A stretch of 64,000 nt of DNA, taken from assembly GCA_030828405.1 (NCBI GenBank), contig JAURCP010000005.1, positions 18,945-82,944 of the forward strand, given 5' to 3'. Below are positions 26,578-36,162 of the stretch, piece by piece. The DNA is from Thermoplasmatota archaeon. GTDB taxonomy: Archaea; Thermoplasmatota; Poseidoniia; Poseidoniales; Thalassarchaeaceae. The stretch's first letter is position 1. Each line of letters opens with the position of its first letter. The notes below the pieces were generated by a model, which was not told the DNA's origin, did not search any database, and saw nothing but the letters and a program-made list of their open reading frames with translations. A program made the position numbers and the translations under genes.

Positions 26578-29500
26578 ATGAACGATGATAATAATGCGAC
26601 AAAGGGAGGTTTTTCAAATAAGAATTTACTCCCAGTCCCTGCTGTACTAGCAACTTTGATGGTACTTTTCTTTGGGACTGATTTTGTTGCTAATGGTGGA
26701 ATTGAGAACGACGGATATGCTGACCTCCTGATCCTACCGGTTATCGCTGCTTTTGCCGCGTTTATCGGTAGAATCGTTTTGGATCAATCGTCAAAAAGTA
26801 ATTTGATTATTATTCTTAGTTCTTTGTCCGCGATTATATTTTCCTTGTTAGCGCCAGAGTTTACTCCAATAGTACCTATGGAAGGATTTACGTTCGCTTT
26901 CGTTTTTGTTTCTACTATTTTCTTATACAAAAATAATTGGAATGAGGAATCATCAATTTTACTTTCAGTGGTACTTGGTTTCCATCTAGCAATTTCTTTT
27001 GCAACTAGATATACTCTTGACGAATCTTCATGGAGTGGAAGTCCAGATGAATTAGTTGATTTAATTAGAGGCTCTATTGCTTCTGTTTTCTTCGCTTTCT
27101 GGATTGCATCAATCACATTGGGAATACTTGTTACTTTAGCAATTAGAGGTAGGGTGTCAAATCCAGGGCAAGGGCCATGGTTCCGAGACCTCCCTTCTGT
27201 AATGCCTCAAGCCGGTTTAATCACTGCAGGAATTATATTTTTAATCAACTTAATTCCATTAATTTGGCTGAGCACCATAGATGATGTCAATTCATATAAC
27301 AATCATCACTACTTGGGCTCAGTTTGGGCATTATTTACTTCAATAGTAGTTCTTTTCGTTTCTTTTTGTAATTCAGAAAGATGGCATGTATTGGGTACAG
27401 TTGTTGCCCTAAATTGGTTAATGTATACTTTGGCTCATTTACAAGAGATTGGAAATGAATTACCACTTTCAACTTTGAATGGTGATGACAACGTCAGTAT
27501 GTTCACCTGGTTCTTGCTAGTTTTCTGGCTTAATGTAGGGGCAATGATGGTAGCTGGTCGTGGTATGTTCGGAGATATTTCTCCTCGTAGAGAACATTCA
27601 GATTTCCGTAAATGGTGGAATCAAAACTCTTACGGTATTATGATAGGTTCAGCACTAATTATTGGTTTAGCAGTTCGAACAGGTTGGAATGTTCTACCTG
27701 CAATGAATGCATCTGGTACTGGACTATGGGATATGTCAGGAGGATCTGATCCATGGTACATGAAACGTGTAGTAGATTATGTCGTATACCAAAAGAGCCA
27801 TCTGATTATTGACGCAGATAGAGCTTACCCGATGGTAGCAATCAATCCTAGACCACCACTATTCTCATGGTCTTTAGCACTTGGAGGACTTTTCCTTTCT
27901 TGGTTATCTGGGATGTCTTTGGAAACCTCTGTGTGGTGGAGCGTAGCCTCTTTACCTGCAATTTTTGGAGCATTAATTGTGTTACCAATTGCTGGTCTTG
28001 CTAGGAAATTACACAGTAACATGGCAGGAATAGTTGCAGCCTGGCTAATCGCATTAATGCCTGGCCATATCGGCCATTCGACATTCGGACTTGCCGATCA
28101 CGACGCATTCGCAATGCTGTTCTTAGCAATAGCATTTTACTATTGGGTCAAGGCCATGGATGAACTGAAGAATGAGAGATTATTCAAAACACCAAGTCTA
28201 AGCCCTCTCTACATTATTGCAGGTATTAGACAAATGTGGTCAACAAATCCTGTAGTTATGTCTAATGCTACTTTATCAGGTGTATCTTTCGCTGTTGTAG
28301 CTTTAGGGTGGAAAGGTTTCGTTTATGGTCCAGGAATTTTATTCATTGCTTTCGCATTCCAGATATTTTTCAATATGTTCCGTAGAAGGGACAGCCTTCC
28401 AATTACTGCAGCATCTTTGCAAATGATGCTTACTGCATTTGTAATCCCATTGCCTTTCTATTGCTGGCCTGGACTAAGTTTATTGTTCGACCCTAGTGGA
28501 TTCCAACCTATGTTTTACATTATTGGTTTCACGCTAGCTTTGGGTTGGATTTCTTCATCCTATCGAGATAAACCTTGGTTATTGGTTCTAGGCAGCACTA
28601 CTGTATTAATGGGGTCAATTTTGCTTGTATTATATATTTTACAACAGGCAAACATCTATGATGGGTGGGATGTTTTATTCACTGGAGGATTCTATTTCTC
28701 AAAGAATAAAATATTCGGAACCATTGGAGAGGCTCAGGCACCTAGTAGAGGTGTTTTATTCGCTTCTTATGGTCCAATCGTTTCACTAATTGCAATATTT
28801 GTTGCTGTAATGTTGTTGTGGAGAGGCGCAAGAAAAGAAAAACAAAGCCATATCCTCTTGGGATTATGGGTTTTAATTGCTATTTACATGGCTTGGTCTG
28901 CTGGAAGATTCATCTTCAACGCAACACCAGCAATTTCGGTAGTTGGAGGAATTGGTATTGCTATGATGTGGAATTATGCTAACTTCTCAGGATTCCTCAA
29001 GGAATGGAGAAAGTCTGGTATTTCAACACCAAGGTCACGTTTCTGGGCCAATTGGAAAGCATCGAGAAGACACCCTGGAGTTCCTGCTTTGATGATGGTA
29101 TTGATGCTGGTTTGTTCTCAGCACATGACATATGGAATTGATTCAGGAATTCCTCGCGGTGAACAATCTGCATCCGATGTCGATCAAACAATTCATGATA
29201 TAACTCCTGATATATTCAGACAGGAAGTTCTAGGGTTTTCATTATTAAATAGCGAGAACTATGATGCGAACGGTGATTTATGGTATATGGGAACATTCGG
29301 ACCCGGTTTTAATTCAGGATCATGGAATTTAGCTTATGAATGGCTATCTGAACAAGATACTGAAGTCAGCTTTTCTGAACGTCCTGCTTTCGTATCATGG
29401 TGGGATTATGGTTTTCAGGCGCTTGCTCAGGGTGAGCACCCTACGGTAGCAGATAACTTCCAGTCAGGGATACCTAATAGCGGTGCTATGTTACTTTCTG

Positions 29501-32500
29501 CTAGTCAAGAAGATACCGTTTCCCTATTCATTACCACTTTAGCCCAAGGAGATCGTAGGTCTAATGCTCCATCTGGATTTACTGATGATTTCAGAAATTT
29601 ACTCTTGGACGGGCACATGGATGATTCACAACTAAGCGAATTTGATAAAATTATGAGTCTTGGTATGGGTGATTCAAAAATAGTACTTGATCGCTCTATG
29701 TCTGTAGTAGCAGTGGATGGTGAACATGAATTATTACGAGGATTCCATTTAGAATCTAACGGTCTACCTAGTGAATCCGAAGTTTGGGTTGTTTTAGAAG
29801 ACGGGGAGATGATTGTTGATGGATTATCTAACGAAGAATCAGCAATTGATAGCTTCAATGATGCTAGAAACTCAGTTTCAGAATTAGATAGGTATGAAAA
29901 AGGCGCAAACAAAGGTGAATTAATAATTCAGTATTACGATATTTCTGGATACAGATATACTCCTGATTTGATTGAAGACTTTGACGATGTATCTACTGGA
30001 TTGCACAGAGTTAATGCAAAGTTAGCATTAAGCCGTGCTTTACTATTAGAGATATTCAATTCCGAAGAAATTAACGATTTATACCACGATATGTCAACTA
30101 AACTTGTGTATGAAGTCCAAGATTATGAAGGAGTTCTTGGAGAAACAATTTCTAGAAATAATGAAATCAGATATTTCGCAGTTGATAATCGTCTTTATCC
30201 CCTAGGTGGCCAGTATTACGAAGACTATGGTTATCACCAAGGTCAAACTACTGGAATTTTCCATGCACCTACTTCACTGTCTGGTTTAGATACTGAAACT
30301 TACATCTCATCCGTTTATCAAACGCAGAGGGGGGACGGCCCCATTATTCCTAGAACCGGTGAGGAATATGAAAGTGAATATCTAAACGATGTTATTCGTC
30401 AACAATCTGGTGCATTAACAGATGTAAATGAAATGATTAGAATGGTTGATATCGACTACCAACACCAGCCTGAGTTCTTCGATACTATGGTTGCTAGAAT
30501 TTATGTAGGATATGGAAGCTCTACCTTAGGTTTACCTGGTGAAGCAGAACAACCAGCGCCTCATTTCTACACCTCCGGGGCCCCTGGTTCATACCTAGAG
30601 AATGCATATCCACTCCCAGGTGCTATGATGAATCACCTAGTTCTTTCAAATTGGTATACTCCTGACTGTGAAACTGATGAGAACGGCACCCAATTAGATT
30701 CAGAATGTGAAAATCTGGGTATAGGAAGTGCTAATACCCAAGTCAAAGTCATGAAATATTACAGTGGTGCCACTATAGAAGGAAAAGTGGAACTAGAGGG
30801 GATAGGTCCTGTGCCCAATGCTAGGCTTCTAATTGAAAGAGATGCATTTAGTGGTGATGAAGTAGAAATAGATGGCAAGGTTACAGATAGGGACCAAAGA
30901 ACTTACTGGATTCCAATAGGAACTGCAGATGCAGATTCAAACGGTGATTTCAGTTTCTTAGCACCTTCGGGAAAGATTCGCGTTTCTGCATTTTATGGAG
31001 AATCCGATCTTGAAGTAGCAAGAACTCAAATAATGACCTCAAATGTAGGTCAATCTTTGGGAGATATTTTCGAGACTGAAACTACTGGTGTACGTACTCT
31101 AAATCCAATTACTGGTATATTGGGCAATGTGTCGGGATCAACTTGGCTTTCAGAAACCATAGTGAATATTTCTGGAGAAGATGGTCACAGTAACGGTGAA
31201 TCAATTATCCCTGTATCTATTTCTGTCAGCCCGGCTTCCTCGATAGGAAGACTAGTTTGGTCTGGTTCAGAAGTATTTTCAGGTAACTCTCTTGAAGATG
31301 CTACCATTGAACTTTCACCTTCTTGGGATTCTATAGTGACATCACCATATTTGATTTCAACATCAAATGGATCGATAATGGGTGATGATTTGAGGTTTGA
31401 TGGTACTGGTGAGGTTACCTTTACCGGAGAAGGTGATGTGATTACATCAACCATAGCAACAATTTCTGATTTCACTGGAAATTACACTCAAACCATATTC
31501 AATAACTACAGCATAACTGGAGAAGGTGAATTTGCAGGTAAAGGAATTATTGATGGAATTATCAATGACGATTTCGAGAATATTGTTGACTGTGATGTTA
31601 ATGAAACCATGCCTGAAAATAATAGTTTGTGTATGCAATCTGATGGGAAATATCTTCTCGATGGAATTGTAAATGCAAGCGGACTTTTCACAGCAGATGG
31701 AGTAGCATCATTTACACAAAAGCTAGTCCAATCAACTCTAATTGGTTCAGGAGTATTTTCAACAGATACATCTAATAAAAATTTGAGTAGTTATGGTACA
31801 ATCAACGCAACTGGCTCATTCTCGGGAATGGGGATATTCAGTGGCGTAATGGTTCAGCCAGGTACATTCCATGTAGTAGATGCAATCCCTGGTTCTTATG
31901 ACGTTGCAGTAATTTTCAGCGACAATACACGCGTAGAAATTGATGATGGGTTCTTCATCTCTCAAACTCTTTCTAGTACCCCAACAGATATAGACATCAA
32001 TGGTGGATTAATTTCAGGAATATTGATAGATGAATCAGGGAACTACCTTGATTCTCATGTTCTTCTTCAATCCGCTGACGGTTCTTCTAATGTAGAAAAT
32101 ATTGGTGATTGTGAAGTTGTTAAATATGCGCCGTGCAATATTCATCCAGAATTAACTTATGAAAATGATTTACTTACTGGTTCTAAGATTGAGTTCGGTC
32201 CAATTATGCCGGGTTCATACATTGCATCAATCGATATCGATGGAGATAATTTCCCAGAAACTTCGTTGGAGTTCACAGTAGATTCTAATGCGGAATCATC
32301 AATTATTCTTCCTTCTCCAATGCCACTTACTACGGATCTTACATTCCAACTAATTAATCCAGATAATGGCACTGATAATCTTGTAGAAGGACTTGATTTA
32401 ACCTTTAATCAGAAGAATGGTTCAGGGTCTTCAGTAGATTCGGAATATGATAATTTATCGGGTCATTATTATGTCGAGTTAACTCCTGGGACTTGGATTT

Positions 32501-34668
32501 TAAACTACACATTATCCGCAACCGAACAATTATGGGAAGAAATTGAAGTTGTAGCTAATTCTGACTTTACAGACATATTTAGTTTCTATACAAGTCAGAC
32601 TGTAAATGGTACTCTATACTATGATGAAAATATTCAATCAGACACTATCGATACAGATAAAACATTAGATTTCGTATCCATTGATTTCTATTGGGATGAT
32701 TTTAGCACAACAGTTGAAACTTCATCAGATGGTACATTCAGTATTGTTTTGCCTGTAGGCTCTGAAGTTGATGCAATTGCTCAATTAGGTGTGGATTTGA
32801 AGTTAGTAAATGGTACGAAATTTACAGTTGAAGAAAATATGGATAAGATTACGATGGTTGCTCGCCCGGGGCAAGCAATTGATGGAGCAGTAAGTGTAAA
32901 TCGAGAAAACAACCTATTCAATTCAGAGATTGGTGGTTGGGAGCCTGTTACAGTAATAGCAGAGAGTGATGAATATGATGTCACATGGCGTTCAGAAACA
33001 GATGATGGTGGTTTCTTTACTATGGTTTTACCTAAGGGCGAATGGGAATTCACAGTTTTATCTGATGAAATTACTTCAGGAACCAATACCACAAATGTAG
33101 ATAATAACAATAATACAATTGAAGTAATAATCTATCCAGATGATTCAATATTAACTATAGATTTCTTCCTAGATAATTCTGCAGATAATAATATGTCTAA
33201 CGGTACTCCAGTAACTTATGATTTCAGTTTATTATCTTTAGTTGACGGAATTGACTACCATATCAATTCCACTTCAAGCAATTGGACTGATGAAGGAATT
33301 GCCCAAGTATCAATAGAACCAGGAATTTATAGAGTATCTGTAGATATTGCAGATCCTAACTCCGGAGATTTATTCGGAACTAGAATAATGAGTGGAGATG
33401 TTGATGTCAGAGTAGGAATTGACTCAACAGATATTACAAGAAGTATTGGATTTGATCCTGAATGGAGAGTAGAAATGTCATTTACCAATGAAAGTGGAGG
33501 TGAGTTGTCTGAACAATTAGTTAGATTCACTAATGTTGAAAATGGCTGGGTTCTTTCTCGAACTACCGACTCCAATGGAAGTATTATTGATTTCTTCCCT
33601 CAGGGTGATTGGATTGCTACTGCCGAGATAGTAAACAATGATATTAAAGAAGGTTTAAGAGATTTGATTTCAGTCTCATCTGAGATATCTTCTGAAAGTT
33701 TAACATTATCTACTAGTCAACTCGCAGAGATTTCATTCAATATTTCAGAAGATTCTTCTAACTCTCCTTTGTCTGGAGTTAGTTTGTTAATGGAGTCTGC
33801 AAGTGACCTAGGTTCTTTCAGTATCGAGGCAACAAATAGTAGTGGATTAACTACAGTTGATGTGGTAGAGGGAGATTGGTTAGTCTCTCTTAACTACACC
33901 AAAGATGGAAAGAGATGGATTGTAGAAAGTTATCCCGTTACTATTTCAGTAGGTGAAAATCATGTTGATTTAACTGCTAACCTTTATGTTGCTTTAACTG
34001 GGACCGTTTTCTGGGATTTGAATAACAACAATGCTTCTAATATTGGTGAAGGAATTTCTGATGTACAGATGACGTTTACAGCTACATCTGATTCAAACGA
34101 TTATTCAATTTCAACGGACAATACGGGGGAATGGGAATTATTCGTACCATACAATACAAGTTGGCAGATTGAAACTATTTATGATGGGTTTGAAAGCATT
34201 AATGAAAGTATATCTGTTTCAGACTCTCCTAACGATGTACAATTGGAATTGGTTGCAGGTTTAGTTGATGTTTATGGAAATATTACTTATGCACTTGGTA
34301 TTTCCAGCATTCCTGTCGAAGATATCGAATTAATGATAATACCTACTGAGGGTCTAGTTAGAGACACAGTAGCAATTGAAATCAACGATAATTGGTCTGG
34401 AAGCTGGTCTACAGTACTGGAACCAGGTCTATGGATAGTAAGTGCTAGCGTACCGAGTCAAGACTTGATAATAATGGGTCTGTTGGATGTTGATGTTACT
34501 GGTAATTCAAATAATTTAGATATGGCACTAACTAGTGGTGGTATTCTTGAAGTTCAAACAGAATGGTTAGATTATGACGGCAACTCACGTAATCTAGGAG
34601 ATATTTCAGATGCGAATTTATTAGTCGATGTTGGATTTGGAATGAAATGGATACAAAGCGATGGATGA
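26578..34668 (+). CDS. aglB: giant AglB/STT3-family oligosaccharyltransferase (2696 aa) with N-terminal multi-TM extension and long C-terminal beta-sandwich array
   Basis: WWDYG catalytic motif at residues 941-945 (nt 29398-29412), followed by PTVADNFQSG. The EL1-type acidic motif GGSDPWYMKR is at about residue 388-397, and GLADHDAF is also present. About 10 hydrophobic helices lie in residues 1-345, before the canonical TM1. After about residue 1000 there are repeated carboxypeptidase-regulatory-like units (e.g. IEGKVELEGIGPVPNARLLIERD...DSNGDFSFLAPSGKIRVSA; LTGTVFWDLNNN...TDNTGEWELFVPYNTSWQIE). Confidence 0.9.
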   Translation: MNDDNNATKGGFSNKNLLPVPAVLATLMVLFFGTDFVANGGIENDGYADLLILPVIAAFAAFIGRIVLDQSSKSNLIIILSSLSAIIFSLLAPEFTPIVPMEGFTFAFVFVSTIFLYKNNWNEESSILLSVVLGFHLAISFATRYTLDESSWSGSPDELVDLIRGSIASVFFAFWIASITLGILVTLAIRGRVSNPGQGPWFRDLPSVMPQAGLITAGIIFLINLIPLIWLSTIDDVNSYNNHHYLGSVWALFTSIVVLFVSFCNSERWHVLGTVVALNWLMYTLAHLQEIGNELPLSTLNGDDNVSMFTWFLLVFWLNVGAMMVAGRGMFGDISPRREHSDFRKWWNQNSYGIMIGSALIIGLAVRTGWNVLPAMNASGTGLWDMSGGSDPWYMKRVVDYVVYQKSHLIIDADRAYPMVAINPRPPLFSWSLALGGLFLSWLSGMSLETSVWWSVASLPAIFGALIVLPIAGLARKLHSNMAGIVAAWLIALMPGHIGHSTFGLADHDAFAMLFLAIAFYYWVKAMDELKNERLFKTPSLSPLYIIAGIRQMWSTNPVVMSNATLSGVSFAVVALGWKGFVYGPGILFIAFAFQIFFNMFRRRDSLPITAASLQMMLTAFVIPLPFYCWPGLSLLFDPSGFQPMFYIIGFTLALGWISSSYRDKPWLLVLGSTTVLMGSILLVLYILQQANIYDGWDVLFTGGFYFSKNKIFGTIGEAQAPSRGVLFASYGPIVSLIAIFVAVMLLWRGARKEKQSHILLGLWVLIAIYMAWSAGRFIFNATPAISVVGGIGIAMMWNYANFSGFLKEWRKSGISTPRSRFWANWKASRRHPGVPALMMVLMLVCSQHMTYGIDSGIPRGEQSASDVDQTIHDITPDIFRQEVLGFSLLNSENYDANGDLWYMGTFGPGFNSGSWNLAYEWLSEQDTEVSFSERPAFVSWWDYGFQALAQGEHPTVADNFQSGIPNSGAMLLSASQEDTVSLFITTLAQGDRRSNAPSGFTDDFRNLLLDGHMDDSQLSEFDKIMSLGMGDSKIVLDRSMSVVAVDGEHELLRGFHLESNGLPSESEVWVVLEDGEMIVDGLSNEESAIDSFNDARNSVSELDRYEKGANKGELIIQYYDISGYRYTPDLIEDFDDVSTGLHRVNAKLALSRALLLEIFNSEEINDLYHDMSTKLVYEVQDYEGVLGETISRNNEIRYFAVDNRLYPLGGQYYEDYGYHQGQTTGIFHAPTSLSGLDTETYISSVYQTQRGDGPIIPRTGEEYESEYLNDVIRQQSGALTDVNEMIRMVDIDYQHQPEFFDTMVARIYVGYGSSTLGLPGEAEQPAPHFYTSGAPGSYLENAYPLPGAMMNHLVLSNWYTPDCETDENGTQLDSECENLGIGSANTQVKVMKYYSGATIEGKVELEGIGPVPNARLLIERDAFSGDEVEIDGKVTDRDQRTYWIPIGTADADSNGDFSFLAPSGKIRVSAFYGESDLEVARTQIMTSNVGQSLGDIFETETTGVRTLNPITGILGNVSGSTWLSETIVNISGEDGHSNGESIIPVSISVSPASSIGRLVWSGSEVFSGNSLEDATIELSPSWDSIVTSPYLISTSNGSIMGDDLRFDGTGEVTFTGEGDVITSTIATISDFTGNYTQTIFNNYSITGEGEFAGKGIIDGIINDDFENIVDCDVNETMPENNSLCMQSDGKYLLDGIVNASGLFTADGVASFTQKLVQSTLIGSGVFSTDTSNKNLSSYGTINATGSFSGMGIFSGVMVQPGTFHVVDAIPGSYDVAVIFSDNTRVEIDDGFFISQTLSSTPTDIDINGGLISGILIDESGNYLDSHVLLQSADGSSNVENIGDCEVVKYAPCNIHPELTYENDLLTGSKIEFGPIMPGSYIASIDIDGDNFPETSLEFTVDSNAESSIILPSPMPLTTDLTFQLINPDNGTDNLVEGLDLTFNQKNGSGSSVDSEYDNLSGHYYVELTPGTWILNYTLSATEQLWEEIEVVANSDFTDIFSFYTSQTVNGTLYYDENIQSDTIDTDKTLDFVSIDFYWDDFSTTVETSSDGTFSIVLPVGSEVDAIAQLGVDLKLVNGTKFTVEENMDKITMVARPGQAIDGAVSVNRENNLFNSEIGGWEPVTVIAESDEYDVTWRSETDDGGFFTMVLPKGEWEFTVLSDEITSGTNTTNVDNNNNTIEVIIYPDDSILTIDFFLDNSADNNMSNGTPVTYDFSLLSLVDGIDYHINSTSSNWTDEGIAQVSIEPGIYRVSVDIADPNSGDLFGTRIMSGDVDVRVGIDSTDITRSIGFDPEWRVEMSFTNESGGELSEQLVRFTNVENGWVLSRTTDSNGSIIDFFPQGDWIATAEIVNNDIKEGLRDLISVSSEISSESLTLSTSQLAEISFNISEDSSNSPLSGVSLLMESASDLGSFSIEATNSSGLTTVDVVEGDWLVSLNYTKDGKRWIVESYPVTISVGENHVDLTANLYVALTGTVFWDLNNNNASNIGEGISDVQMTFTATSDSNDYSISTDNTGEWELFVPYNTSWQIETIYDGFESINESISVSDSPNDVQLELVAGLVDVYGNITYALGISSIPVEDIELMIIPTEGLVRDTVAIEINDNWSGSWSTVLEPGLWIVSASVPSQDLIIMGLLDVDVTGNSNNLDMALTSGGILEVQTEWLDYDGNSRNLGDISDANLLVDVGFGMKWIQSDG

Positions 34669-36085
34669 AACCGGAAGTCTTGATATTTTACTTCCTAACG
34701 GTAATGTTCAATTTTCTGGTGACTTTGAAGTAGAGCAAAGAGGGTTAACCATGGAGTTTACTGCAGGAAGAGGCTTTGATGTTTATCCAGGTCTCAACAC
34801 AAGTTTCGACCTATTATTCAATAGAGTTTCAAATCACGAAATTGAAATTACTACACTGAATGAAACCTCAGGTCACGAAAATTATGTTGGATCATTGGGT
34901 GATGTTTCATTAGTAGTTGATGATACGAATGGATTTGTCCCAGTTAATTTCACTCTCGCTGTAGATTACCTCGGTCATGAATCATATGATGTATTTAACG
35001 TCGGAGGTATTGTTTCTGGAACTGATAGTTCTGAATGGACAGTTCAATTCCATAACGGTACAGGAAACTGGACCACTTCAACGCAATTTGAAGTAGGTTT
35101 AGACAACAGCGTTGATTTCGATAATTTGAATATTCGTGTTATCGCACCTAATCAATCTGTAGCACATTCTTTCGAAGACGGGCATAAGATTACGATCAGT
35201 ATCTCAACTCTAGATGGTTATCAGGCCACACATGATTTGATAGTCAGAGTCCCTCAAATACATGGTTTCGAACTTACAACTCCTATGTCCGAAGTATACG
35301 GAGTCTCTCCAGGAGAATTAATTACTATACCAATAGAGTTTACAAATGCTGGGAATGGCGATGAAAAATATGAGTTTGAGTTTGACGATTCAGAATTGCC
35401 CGATGGTTGGAGTAGGACAGGTCCAACTTCACACACACTCGGTAGCTTCGTTAGTACTTCTCATAGTGTGACTGTTGCTTCTCCAAGCGACGCCATGCCG
35501 AATGAAGAGTTTTCAATTTATGTTACAGTGACAGATAAAGTCGGAAACTCATACGATACTATTGAAATTAAGGTTCGAAGTTCTGAACCAGTATTGAAGA
35601 TTGAAGGTATTCAAGCATTGGGGGGTGGAGAACCAGAAGCTGGTGGTCAAATAACATATATCGCTACAATATCTAATAGTGGATTAGTTGATGCTGAAAA
35701 TGTGCAGCTTAATGCTCAACTTTGTAGGGATGTAGTTTGTAATTCGCCAACTTCTGTCAATGCTACGACGACAATGGGTATACCTGCTGAATCATCCACT
35801 CAGTTCAGTTTCTTGTTTGATTTATCAGATATTCAAGTTGACCAATATTATATCATGCTTGATATAAACTCAACTGGATTTAATGAAGAAAATATTGATG
35901 ATGACTCGTGGCACGTTAGTGATGGTGTAGAACAGGGAGTCATGAATGTAGATGTTAGATCTCCAAGTGTTGATGATGATGAAAATACAGATATTATTGC
36001 TTATATTCTAATTATTGGATTAGTGATAATTGGTCTTTATCTGACTAAAGGTCGTTCCGGCCGCCGTCCAGGCGCACCGTTCTGA
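34661..36085 (+). CDS. CARDB/NEW3-like beta-sandwich protein with C-terminal TM anchor and no signal peptide; may be the detached C-terminus of the AglB ORF
   Basis: 474 aa. ITIPIEFTNAGNGDEKYEFEFDDSELPDGWS and GGQITYIATISNSGLVDAENVQLNA are CARDB-like. The C-terminal TM is IIAYILIIGLVIIGLYL, followed by KGRSGRRPGAPF. The start overlaps the AglB stop within ATGGATGA (34661-34668). Confidence 0.7.
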   Translation: MDETGSLDILLPNGNVQFSGDFEVEQRGLTMEFTAGRGFDVYPGLNTSFDLLFNRVSNHEIEITTLNETSGHENYVGSLGDVSLVVDDTNGFVPVNFTLAVDYLGHESYDVFNVGGIVSGTDSSEWTVQFHNGTGNWTTSTQFEVGLDNSVDFDNLNIRVIAPNQSVAHSFEDGHKITISISTLDGYQATHDLIVRVPQIHGFELTTPMSEVYGVSPGELITIPIEFTNAGNGDEKYEFEFDDSELPDGWSRTGPTSHTLGSFVSTSHSVTVASPSDAMPNEEFSIYVTVTDKVGNSYDTIEIKVRSSEPVLKIEGIQALGGGEPEAGGQITYIATISNSGLVDAENVQLNAQLCRDVVCNSPTSVNATTTMGIPAESSTQFSFLFDLSDIQVDQYYIMLDINSTGFNEENIDDDSWHVSDGVEQGVMNVDVRSPSVDDDENTDIIAYILIIGLVIIGLYLTKGRSGRRPGAPF

Positions 36086-36162
36086 TATGAAATGATTAGC
36101 AGACGTTAAGAACAGGGATTCTTATACTGAATCTATGCCCTTAAGTTAGGTGGTAATTTTTT

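Noticed and set aside
34660-34668. RF2-like programmed +1 frameshift at GGA-TGA-A joining AglB to the next ORF
   Set aside because: The slippery context is poor: a GGA-decoding tRNA cannot re-pair on GAU, and I see no upstream SD-like stimulator. The overlap ATGGATGA looks like ordinary translational coupling. I keep it only as one alternative in the split-gene finding.
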